A stretch of 61,366 nt of DNA, counting the filler. It is 10 parts of 10 records of this genome, joined end to end, with 100 filler letters (N's around TTAATTAATTAA, not from the genome) between each part and the next. Parts side by side here need not be neighbours in the genome. Positions count along the whole stretch, not along the records: positions 48,334 to 55,553 come from SRR20825010_4986; positions 55,654 to 61,366 come from SRR20825010_4990; 8 more parts are not named here. One strand, given 5' to 3'. How positions within the stretch are numbered: position 1 is the stretch's first letter; each line of letters starts with the position of its first letter. Below, in pieces: positions 48,987-58,111 of this stretch. Below the pieces are notes generated by a model, which did not search any database, was not told the DNA's origin, and saw only the letters and a program-made list of their open reading frames with translations. Made by a program: the position numbers and the translations under genes.

Positions 48987-49850
48987 TCAGTGCTTTTGCT
49001 CCGAAAGCTCTTCGAGCAGCCTGCTCATTTCATCTTCGAGTGTGTGCTCGCTGGCGCTCTCCTGAGGGCTGGAACGCTCCGCGCGTGAAACATCGAGGTC
49101 GACAACAGGGGCGTCACTGGTGCGGGGCGCCTGCACCTCGTCCTGTGTTTGCGGGCGTTCACTCAAATGATCGGCTGCTGGCTCGCGCTTTGGGGCGGAG
49201 GGCGTTACCGCGGCCAGAGTACCAGCCGACGTTGCAGCAACGGCGGGCCGTGCAGAGATCGATGTGACAGATTCACGGAGAGGCTGCGCCCCCTCTGCCG
49301 GGTATCGACGCGGGGCGGGTACTGGGGTTGGGGCCGGAGCGGACGCTGGTGTCGGCCGGCTGGCTATCTGGATCTCACGGTGCGGCGTTGCAGGCCTGCG
49401 CTCGGGCTCCGGCGTTTCTTTTTCTCCCGAAGAGGGCGCGGAGGAGGTCGTATCTCCCTCGCTGTCCGGTTCACCGACGATCAAAGGTTCCGGTTCCGCC
49501 GGTGACGGTCGCTCTTCGCGGGTATGGACACTGGGCTCAGATTGAGCAGAAGGCGTTCCTCCGATATTGGCTTCAATCACCAGATCGGTCGGTCCGCCTA
49601 TGAGAATAAGATGTTCGACCTCGTCGCGGCGCACCAGGACAAGGCGCCTGTTATTGTCCACAGGAGTGGCGTCCGTTACTGCCAGACGTGGCTGCCTGCC
49701 CCGTGTACCAGAAATGAAGGTTCCGGCAGTAAAACGACGATTGACCCGTACAAAAACGAGAAGAACAATCGCGACGGCAACGAGAATGATCGTCCAGAAG
49801 GCCGCGGTTGCGTAAGCCTCTCCAAATATTCCCACAAGCCAATCGCGCAT
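48987..49850 (-). CDS. FliO-like membrane protein with a long Pro-rich disordered tail
   Basis: TM, then RLAVTDATPVDNNRRLVLVRRDEVEHLILIGGPTDLVIE; ends LEDEMSRLLEELS. Confidence 0.75.
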   Translation of the reverse strand: MRDWLVGIFGEAYATAAFWTIILVAVAIVLLVFVRVNRRFTAGTFISGTRGRQPRLAVTDATPVDNNRRLVLVRRDEVEHLILIGGPTDLVIEANIGGTPSAQSEPSVHTREERPSPAEPEPLIVGEPDSEGDTTSSAPSSGEKETPEPERRPATPHREIQIASRPTPASAPAPTPVPAPRRYPAEGAQPLRESVTSISARPAVAATSAGTLAAVTPSAPKREPAADHLSERPQTQDEVQAPRTSDAPVVDLDVSRAERSSPQESASEHTLEDEMSRLLEELSEQKH

Positions 49851-50091
49851 TCGTTCACTCCACTCTCAATTTGATCCGTCAGGTTATGCGTCCCGCAGGT
49901 AGGCGGCAACCCATGGGAGAGCTGCCGCTGCACGGTACCATGGTTTTCAGCAGCAAAATTCGCGCAAAGAATGGCGATTTGCGTTTCGATTACACGTGTA
50001 CGCTTGCAGATGCCGGGAGCCCTGATATATCCCGGTGAGGCCGGGTTCGCGTGGAGCCCGGCGGGAATTGGGCGCGACAAACGGGAAACGC

Positions 50092-52674
50092 ATGGCCAAG
50101 CAGACCGGGGGAGAAATCCACGCAGCACCGATCGTAGACCAGAGCTCTCGACCAGGTGCCATTACGCGTCTGATCATTTTCATTGTTATTCTGACGCTTT
50201 CCGCGGTCGCTTTTTCCGTGTTCCGCGAGCGCCTCGGCGAGCCGTTCCTGCTTGGTCTTCTCGGCATTTTGGCAATGATAGGTGTGGGTTTCCTGTTCGC
50301 GACGGCTATTGGCTTCGTGCAGGTCGCCCCGCGTTCGGCAGGCAGTGAACTCTCCAGGGCCTTTGTTGATTCCATGGAGGAGGGCCTTGTGGTTGCGGAC
50401 ACCAAGGGCCGCATCCTTTACGCGAATAATGCTTATGCACAAATGACGGGAGCGACATCGGTGGCCGATGTCAAGACCGTCGACGCGCTGCTGGCGGATA
50501 ACCCGGAAGCAGCGTCGGTGGTGGAGAAGCTCTCGGCGGGGCTGCGTGATGGACGTTCAGGCGATGGAGAGTTCCGCCTCTCTCGTTCCATCCGTCCCGG
50601 CGGTGCATTGGGCGCGCGCTGGTACAGGACATGGGCGCGTATTTTCAAGCTGCCAGGCTATCGCCAGCCTGTGTCGGCGTGGCAAATCGCGGATATTTCG
50701 GAAGAGCGTGCCGAACAGGAACGCTTTTTCCTCGATCTTCAAAAGGCGATTGATCACCTGGATCATGCGCCGGCTGGTTTTTTCTCTGCCGATCCGGATG
50801 GGCGGGTGACTTATATCAACGCCACGCTTGCGGAGTGGCTGGGCATTGACCTCGCCAACTTTGTACCGGGTGCGGTGCGTTTGCCACAGATCGTTGCGGG
50901 CGATGGCATGGCGCTCATCAATGCGGTGAAGGCCGACCCTGGAACCGCACGCAATGCCGTGATCGATCTCGACCTGTCGACCGTGGATGGCGAGGTGCTT
51001 CCAGTGCGGTTCATGCATCGCGTAACTGCCAGCCGCGAGGGAACTCCAGGTGCCACCAGGACGATCGTTTTAAATCGCCAGCTGGGCGAAGACGCATCCG
51101 CGGACCTTCGGGCTTCGGAAGTGCGTTTCACCCGTTTCTTCAATTCCACACCGATGGCGATCGCATCTGTGGATCATGAAGGACGAATCCTGCGCACCAA
51201 CGCGCCATTCCTTTCGCTGTTCTCGCGTGTCGTGGACAGCGATGCTGTGGAACGGCATATCCGGCTCGATGCCGTTATCCATGAGAATGATCGTGAGGCT
51301 TTTGCCGTAGCACTCGAAAGGGCGAAGCAGCGCCAGGCAGAAATCGCGCCAATCGACACGATGCTGCCGGATGATGCCGAGCGTCACGTTCGCTTCTACG
51401 TCAATCCTGTGGTCGATCACGAAGGCGGCGAAGGCGCTGAGGAAGCCGCAATCGTGTACGCCGTCGAGACCACGGAGCAGAAGGCCCTCGAGGCCCAGAT
51501 GGCGCAGAGCCAAAAGATGCAGGCAGTGGGACAGCTCGCCGGCGGCATCGCTCACGATTTCAACAATGTCCTTACAGCCATCATCATGGCTTCGGACCTG
51601 TTGCTGACCAATCACCGTCCATCCGATCCCTCCTTCCCGGACATCATGAACATCAAGCAGAATGCCAATCGCGCGGCTTCGCTCGTGCGGCAACTTCTTG
51701 CGTTCTCGCGAAGGCAGACCCTGCGTCCGGAAGTGCTGAACCTCACGGACGTGCTCGCGGATCTGAGAATGCTGCTTGCGCGCCTTGTCGGCAGCGAGAT
51801 TTCCCTGTCCATCGAGCATGGGCGTGATCTCTGGCCGGTGAAGGCGGATATCGGCCAGTTTGAACAGGTTGTCGTTAATTTGACGGTGAATGCTCGTGAT
51901 GCCATGCCGGACGGTGGCAAGCTCGCAGTCCGCACCCGTAACATCTCGGCTGAAGAGTGTGCCCAACTCCCTTATCGCGAGATGATCGCTGCCGATTATG
52001 TGGCCGTGGAGGTGAGTGACACGGGCACCGGCATTGATCCCGAAACCATCAAGAAAATCTTTGAGCCGTTCTTCACGACCAAGGAGGTGGGCAAGGGAAC
52101 CGGCCTTGGTCTTTCCATGGTGTATGGCATCGTCAAACAGACCGGTGGCTACATTTTCTGCGATTCCGAGCTGGGTGAGGGCACAACGTTCCGAATATTC
52201 CTGCCACGTCATGTTCCGACCGAAGCCGAGAAAACAGCCGAGGAGGCTGCCGTTCGTGGAAATGATGCAGCAAAGGCCAGAGAAGAGAAACGTGATCTCT
52301 CTGGTTCAGCGCGCGTGCTTCTGGTGGAGGACGAGGATGCCGTGCGTATGGGCAGTGTGCGCGCTCTTTCTTCGCGCGGCTATGAGGTGCACGAGGCGAG
52401 TTCGGGCGTTGAGGCGCTTGAGATATTCGAGGAACTGGACGGGAAGATCGATATTGTCGTTTCCGACGTTGTGATGCCTGAAATGGACGGGCCGACGCTG
52501 CTTGGTGAACTGCGCAAGGTGCAACCCGACATCAAGTTCATCTTTGTGTCGGGATATGCCGAGGACGCATTTGCCAAGAACTTGCCCGAGGACGCGCAGT
52601 TTGGCTTCCTGCCCAAGCCATTCTCTCTGAAACAGCTTGCGACTGTTGTGAAGGAAATGCTGGAGGAAACCTGA
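50092..52674 (+). CDS. cckA: Cell-cycle hybrid histidine kinase CckA
   Basis: Two TM helices, PAS domains, GQLAGGIAHDFNN H-box, FFTTKEVGKGTGLGL, C-terminal REC (SDVVMP). Confidence 0.94.
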   Translation: MAKQTGGEIHAAPIVDQSSRPGAITRLIIFIVILTLSAVAFSVFRERLGEPFLLGLLGILAMIGVGFLFATAIGFVQVAPRSAGSELSRAFVDSMEEGLVVADTKGRILYANNAYAQMTGATSVADVKTVDALLADNPEAASVVEKLSAGLRDGRSGDGEFRLSRSIRPGGALGARWYRTWARIFKLPGYRQPVSAWQIADISEERAEQERFFLDLQKAIDHLDHAPAGFFSADPDGRVTYINATLAEWLGIDLANFVPGAVRLPQIVAGDGMALINAVKADPGTARNAVIDLDLSTVDGEVLPVRFMHRVTASREGTPGATRTIVLNRQLGEDASADLRASEVRFTRFFNSTPMAIASVDHEGRILRTNAPFLSLFSRVVDSDAVERHIRLDAVIHENDREAFAVALERAKQRQAEIAPIDTMLPDDAERHVRFYVNPVVDHEGGEGAEEAAIVYAVETTEQKALEAQMAQSQKMQAVGQLAGGIAHDFNNVLTAIIMASDLLLTNHRPSDPSFPDIMNIKQNANRAASLVRQLLAFSRRQTLRPEVLNLTDVLADLRMLLARLVGSEISLSIEHGRDLWPVKADIGQFEQVVVNLTVNARDAMPDGGKLAVRTRNISAEECAQLPYREMIAADYVAVEVSDTGTGIDPETIKKIFEPFFTTKEVGKGTGLGLSMVYGIVKQTGGYIFCDSELGEGTTFRIFLPRHVPTEAEKTAEEAAVRGNDAAKAREEKRDLSGSARVLLVEDEDAVRMGSVRALSSRGYEVHEASSGVEALEIFEELDGKIDIVVSDVVMPEMDGPTLLGELRKVQPDIKFIFVSGYAEDAFAKNLPEDAQFGFLPKPFSLKQLATVVKEMLEET

Positions 52675-52722
52675 TCGGTGAGGCCGCAAAGCAGCGCTTG
52701 CGCGGCCTGGTGGGTTGGGGTC

Positions 52723-54027
52723 TCAGACTGAGACTCTGCGTCGGACGCGGTTTTGCGCTCCAAACAGTCTTATGTAGCGCTCGATTTCTGCGGGGTCGCC
52801 GGTGGCCTTTTCCGGATTGTCGGATAGTTTGACCGCCGGTTGGCCGTTTGCGCGGCTAACCTTGCAGACGACTGAAATCGCTTTCAGACCGTCGACTTCC
52901 GTTGGTGCGCAATTTTCGAAATCATTGGTGAGATTCGTGCCCCAGCCGAAAGCCATGCGTACTTCGCCTTCGAAGTGCCGGTAGGTGTTCTCGATCGTGT
53001 CCACGTCGAGGCCGTCTGAAAAGATCAGCAGTTTGTCGCGGGGATCTTTTCCGTGCTTGCGCCAGAATTCCATGATGCGTTCTCCACCCTCAATGGGAGG
53101 AGCGCTGTCGGGGCGGAAGCCAGTCCAGTCCGCCACCCATGGTGGCGCGTTGCGCAGAAACGTTTCCGTGCCGAATGCGTCGGGAAGCACGATCAACAGA
53201 TTGCCGCCGTAATAGCTTTGCCAGTCTTCGAGTACCCGATAGGGGGCCTGCAACAGCTCCGCATCGGTTTTGGCCAGGGCAGCCAGCACCATCGGGAGTT
53301 CGTGAGCGTTGGTGCCAAGCGCTTCCAAGTCAGTGTCCATGGCAAGGAGCACATTCGAGGTGCCGGTGAACGAATCTCCGATGCCTTCCTTGAGAGCTTC
53401 CACACACCAGCGCTGCCACAGGAAGGAGTGCCGCCGCCTTGTGCCGAAATCGGAAATCTTGAGTTCGGGCAGCTTCTTGAGGCGCTCGACCTTCGCCCAT
53501 ACCTTCGCCTTGGCGCGTGCATACAGAACGTCGAGCGCAAATGGACCGAGTGAGCGCATGGCAGCGCGCGACCGCAACTCGTTGATAATGGCCAGGGCCG
53601 GAATTTCCCACATGGTGGTTTCCATCCACTTGCCATGGAAATGCAGCTCGTATTGACCACCACGACGGGTGAGCTCGTACTCGGGTAAACGGAAATCTGC
53701 GAGCCAGTTGAGGAACTCTGGCTGAAAGATCTGCTTGCGACCGTAAAACGTGTTGCCGGCGAGCCAGATCATTTCCTTTTTGGAGAAACGGATAGCGCGC
53801 GCGTGGTCCAGTTGCTCGCGCAGCTCTCCTTCATCGATCTCATCCGCCAGGAGAACGGATTTGTTTCGATTGATGAGGGAGAATGTGGCATCCACGTTCG
53901 GATAAAGGCCCCAGATCATCTGCAGCATCAGAAGCTTGTAAAAGTCCGTGTCGAGAAGGCTGCGGCAAATCGGGTCGAGTTTCCAGGCGTGATTGTAGAC
54001 GCGGCGCGCGATATCGGTTTTCGGCAT
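52723..54027 (-). CDS. pncB: Nicotinate phosphoribosyltransferase
   Basis: [38 protein letters not shown]. Confidence 0.96.
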   Translation of the reverse strand: MPKTDIARRVYNHAWKLDPICRSLLDTDFYKLLMLQMIWGLYPNVDATFSLINRNKSVLLADEIDEGELREQLDHARAIRFSKKEMIWLAGNTFYGRKQIFQPEFLNWLADFRLPEYELTRRGGQYELHFHGKWMETTMWEIPALAIINELRSRAAMRSLGPFALDVLYARAKAKVWAKVERLKKLPELKISDFGTRRRHSFLWQRWCVEALKEGIGDSFTGTSNVLLAMDTDLEALGTNAHELPMVLAALAKTDAELLQAPYRVLEDWQSYYGGNLLIVLPDAFGTETFLRNAPPWVADWTGFRPDSAPPIEGGERIMEFWRKHGKDPRDKLLIFSDGLDVDTIENTYRHFEGEVRMAFGWGTNLTNDFENCAPTEVDGLKAISVVCKVSRANGQPAVKLSDNPEKATGDPAEIERYIRLFGAQNRVRRRVSV

Positions 54028-54207
54028 GGGATCGTTTCCTGAGTGTGTCGGTCACCGGTTCGCGGCGTTTGATCGGCAGACCACACCGGCAAACCGGAAT
54101 TGTCAACGACCGCCGGCGTCAAACTTGCCTCAATCGCCGCCGCGCTGCGGTCGAACGATCTCTACCGTTGCCATTCTTCAGCTTTGAGGCAATTGCGAAA
54201 CTGATGG

Positions 54208-54223
54208 TTAAAGTTTCGTTAAC
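54208..54223 (+). promoter_or_regulatory. CtrA binding site
   Basis: TTAA-agtttcg-TTAAC matches TTAA-N7-TTAAC exactly; overlaps ATGGTTAA (TTAACCAT on the minus strand). Confidence 0.75.
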
Positions 54224-54269
54224 GGATGGGGTGGAGACTGTTTGCGGGAGGAGTCTCGAGGAGATGAGT

Positions 54270-54608
54270 ATGGTCTACTCTGGCTTTTCCACGCGACAAC
54301 TGGCTTGCAGTGGTGCTTTCCTGTTGGGGGTTTTAACTTCATCCTGGACCGTGGCTGTAGCGCATGAGGCGCCGAGCGGGTGGCGATATCCCTATGCCTG
54401 TTGCTCCGACCGCGATTGTCAGCAGGTCTCGAACGCAGCCATCGAAGAGAGACCTGAGGGCTATGTGATCAAGGTGACAGGTGAAGTTCTGCCCTATACG
54501 GACAAGCGTGTGCGCAATTCGCCTGACGGGGTGTTTCACTGGTGCTCCGTCGCGGGCAAGAAGGATGGTCGCACCATCTGCCTGTTCGTGCCGCCGCGCA
54601 GCTTCTGA
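54270..54608 (+). CDS. Small secreted Cys-rich hypothetical protein
   Basis: GAGGAG RBS, signal peptide ending AVA, mature HEAPSGWRYPYACCSDRDC...SPDGVFHWC...TICLFVPP; alternative start at 54264. Confidence 0.8.
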   Translation: MVYSGFSTRQLACSGAFLLGVLTSSWTVAVAHEAPSGWRYPYACCSDRDCQQVSNAAIEERPEGYVIKVTGEVLPYTDKRVRNSPDGVFHWCSVAGKKDGRTICLFVPPRSF

Positions 54609-54639
54609 CAGACTGTGAGACCGGGCGCAGGACAAGACC

Positions 54640-55553
54640 TCAAAGCGGGATGTTGTCGTGCTTTTTCCAGGGGTTTTTGAGGTCCTTGTTGCGCAGCATC
54701 CTTAGTGCGCGCGCGATGCGCATCCGTGTGGAATGAGGCATGATCACCTCGTCCACATAGCCGCGTTCGGCTGCCACGAAGGGGGAAAGGAAGCGGTCTT
54801 CGTACATTTTGGTGTGTGCGGCGATCTTTTCGGGATCATCGATGTCCTTGCGGAAGATGATTTCCACAGCACCTTTGGCGCCCATCACGGCAATCTGGGC
54901 CGAAGGCCAGGCGTAGTTGATGTCTCCGCGAAGATGCTTGGAGGCCATCACGTCGTAGGCACCCCCGAACGCCTTGCGGGTGATAAGGGTGATCTTCGGG
55001 ACGGTTGCTTCTGCATAGGCAAAAAGCAGCTTCGCGCCGTGCTTGATCAGACCGCCATACTCCTGCGCGGTGCCGGGTAGAAAACCGGGCACATCCACAT
55101 AGGTGATTATCGGAATGTTGAAGCAATCGCAGAAGCGGACGAAACGGGCGGCTTTTCTGGATGCGTCGGAATCCAGAACACCTGCCAGCACCATAGGTTG
55201 GTTGGCAACGAAACCAACCGTGCGTCCTTCAACGCGACCGAAACCGGTGACGATGTTCTTGGCGAAAGACGCCTGTATTTCGAAGAAATCCGCCTCGTCG
55301 CAGGACTTCAGGATCAATTCGCGAATGTCGTAGGGTTTGTTGGCATTGTCCGGGACCAGCCGGTCCAGGGAATAGTCGGGGTCGGACACGGACTGGAAGC
55401 ACTCCACCTCAGGTAGCTCCCCCGTGTTCGAGGTTGGCAGAAAGTCGATCAGGCGACGCATCTGCAGAAGCGCTTCAACGTCGTTGTCATAGGCACCGTC
55501 AGCTATTGAAGATTTGACCGTGTGGACAGATGCTCCGCCGAGTTCTTCCGCTG
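54640..55553 (-). CDS. pccB: Propionyl-CoA carboxylase beta subunit, partial
   Basis: KAARFVRFCD, DVPGFLPG, RKAFGGAY, KKHDNIPL. Confidence 0.93.
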
Positions 55554-55653
55554 NNNNNNNNNNNNNNNNNNNNNNNNNNNNNNNNNNNNNNNNNNNNTTA
55601 ATTAATTAANNNNNNNNNNNNNNNNNNNNNNNNNNNNNNNNNNNNNNNNNNNN

Positions 55654-56110
55654 CCTCGTAGGTGCTCATCGGGCGGCGTCGCCAGTCGTCACTCTTGCGA
55701 TCCTCCATCCAGTCCTGGTCCTGCCACTGGTGGCTGGTGGTCCAGACCTTGGAGCTGGACTTGGGCGGGGTCTCGGCGTGGAGCGCGACCGGGTCGGCCT
55801 TGATCGCCTCGTGCCCGCTGATGTTGGAGCGGATGGCGTATTTGTAATTGGCGCCCTGCGGCACGCTGTCGATCGAGCACTCCCAGATCCCGGAAGAGCC
55901 GAGTGGGTGCATGGGCGTGGCGTGGATGTCCCAGTGGTTGAAATCGCCGACGAGGTGGACCGACTGGGCCGAGGGGGCCCAGACGGCAAAGTGCGTCGCC
56001 GAGCCGTCGGGGTGGGTGTGCGCGCCCAGCTTGTGGCCCAGGTGCGCGTGGGTGCCCTCGTTGAAGAGGTGCAGGTCCACGTCGGAGAGCGATGGCTGGT
56101 GCGGCGTCAT
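55654..56110 (-). CDS. glgB: 1,4-alpha-glucan branching enzyme, N-terminal fragment
   Basis: LHLFNEGTH, LGAH, FAVWAP, VGDFN, KADP, PMSTYE. Confidence 0.93.
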
Positions 56111-56201
56111 GGGAGTGTTGGTGGTTGGGGTTTCGATAGAGCATGGTACTCGCTAGGCTCGCCCTAGAATCTGACCCGTCACCGAAGGAGTTTGCCGGCC
56201 C

Positions 56202-58061
56202 ATGTCAGTCGTTCCGAACGCGGTCAGCCACGCCCCGCAGGTCGATGCGCTCCGCGCCCCGGCCGGGTCGCTGCTGGTGGAGATCGGCTGGGAGGTCTGC
56301 AACCCGGTGGGCGGCATCTATCAGGTGCTGCGGTCCAAGGCCCCGACCATGGTCGAGCGGTGGCAGAACCGGTACCTGATGGTCGGGCCCTACATGGGTC
56401 AGCGGAGCGATCTGGAACTCGACACCCGCCGGCCCACGGGCTGGCTGGCGCAGGTCTGCGATGCGCTCGAGAAAGACGGCGTCAAGGCGCACACGGGGCG
56501 GTGGCTGGTGCAGGGCCGGCCCCGGGCGCTGCTGCTGGAGCACAGCTTCTCGGCGGCCAAGATCGACGAGATCAAATTCGGCATCTGGAAGGACCACGGG
56601 ATCGAGTCGCCCGGCGACGACCCGCTCGTGGACAGCGTGGTGGGCTTTGCCGAGTCGTTGCGGCGGTTGTTCGTCCACCTCTGCCCGGTCTGGGAAAGCC
56701 GCGGCACGCAGCGGCGGGTGCTCGCCCACTTCCACGAGTGGATGAGCGGCCTGGCGATCCCGATGATCCGTCGCGAGCAGGTCGGGGCGGCCGTCGTCTT
56801 CACGACCCACGCGACGATCACCGGCCGGTACATTGCCTCGAGCGAGGGCGATTTCTACGGCCGGCTGCCCAAGATCGATCACGAGGCCGAGGCCAAGCGG
56901 TTCGGCATCCTCGCCCAGCACCACTACGAGCGGGCCGCGGCACACGGGGCCCACGTCTTCACGACCATCTCGCCGATCACGGCCGAGGAGTGCGCCGTGC
57001 TGCTGGGCCGCAAGCCGGATCTGATCCTGCCCAACGGCCTGAACATCGAGCACTACAACGTGGGGCACGAGTTCCAGACGCTGCACGCGCAGTTCAAGGA
57101 GCAGATCCACGAGTTCGTGATGGGGCACTTCTTCCCGAGCTACTCGTTCGATCTCGAGAAGACGATGTACATGTTCACCAGCGGCCGGTTTGAGCCGCGG
57201 AACAAGGGGTTCGATCTGTGCCTCGAAGGGTGCGCCCGGCTCAACGAGCGGCTGCGGCGGGAGGAGTCGGACCACACGGTGGTGCTGTTCATCGTGACGC
57301 GTCGTCCGCACCGGCACCTGCGGCCGGAGGCACTCGAGGGCCGGGGCGTGCTCGCCGAATTGCACGAGGTCTGCCGACAGATCACAGAGAGCCTGCGGGA
57401 GGAGCTGTTCCGCAAGAGCGCTGCGGGCGAGCGCGTGGTGCTGGACGACTTGGTAAAGGACTACTGGCGGCTGCGGCTGCGCCGCACGCAGGCGGCGCTG
57501 CACACCGGCCGCCTTCCCCCGGTGGTGACGCACACGCTCGAGGACGAGGACACAGACGAGGTGATCCGGACGATCCGGCGGCTGGGGCTGGTCAACGGGC
57601 CGGAGGATCGGGTGAAGGTTGTGTACCACCCGGACTTCATCTCCACGACCAACCCGCTGTGGGGTATCGAGTACGAGCAGTTCGTGCGTGGGTGCCACCT
57701 GGGCCTGTTCCCGAGCGCCTACGAGCCCTGGGGCTACACGCCGCTGGAGTGCGTGGCGCTGGGTGTGCCGGCGATCACCAGCGACCTGGCCGGCTTCGGC
57801 CGGTATGTGGCGGAGAACTTCCCCGACCACAACAAGTGGGGGATGTACATCGTGCCGCGCCGCGGCCGGAGCGACGAGGAGGCCTCGGAACTTCTGGCGC
57901 GTCGGATGTGGGAGTTCTGCCTGCTCGACCGGCGCGGACGGATCGCGGTGCGCAACGAAGTGGAGCGGCGGAGCTGGAGCTTTGAGTGGAGCAAGCTCGG
58001 CCGGCCCTACCACGCGGCGCACGACCTGGCGCTGGCGCGGGCGAAGGTCGGGACGTATTAG
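56202..58061 (+). CDS. GT3-family (eukaryote-like) glycogen synthase
   Basis: WEVCNPVGGIY, HFHEW, FTTHAT, GHF, SGRFEPRNKG, YHPDF, RGCHLGLFPSAYEPWGYTPLEC. Confidence 0.93.
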   Translation: MSVVPNAVSHAPQVDALRAPAGSLLVEIGWEVCNPVGGIYQVLRSKAPTMVERWQNRYLMVGPYMGQRSDLELDTRRPTGWLAQVCDALEKDGVKAHTGRWLVQGRPRALLLEHSFSAAKIDEIKFGIWKDHGIESPGDDPLVDSVVGFAESLRRLFVHLCPVWESRGTQRRVLAHFHEWMSGLAIPMIRREQVGAAVVFTTHATITGRYIASSEGDFYGRLPKIDHEAEAKRFGILAQHHYERAAAHGAHVFTTISPITAEECAVLLGRKPDLILPNGLNIEHYNVGHEFQTLHAQFKEQIHEFVMGHFFPSYSFDLEKTMYMFTSGRFEPRNKGFDLCLEGCARLNERLRREESDHTVVLFIVTRRPHRHLRPEALEGRGVLAELHEVCRQITESLREELFRKSAAGERVVLDDLVKDYWRLRLRRTQAALHTGRLPPVVTHTLEDEDTDEVIRTIRRLGLVNGPEDRVKVVYHPDFISTTNPLWGIEYEQFVRGCHLGLFPSAYEPWGYTPLECVALGVPAITSDLAGFGRYVAENFPDHNKWGMYIVPRRGRSDEEASELLARRMWEFCLLDRRGRIAVRNEVERRSWSFEWSKLGRPYHAAHDLALARAKVGTY

Positions 58062-58111
58062 CATCCGGAGCGCCCGGGCACGGTGCGCCGGAGCGACTAC
58101 GCTACCGCCGC

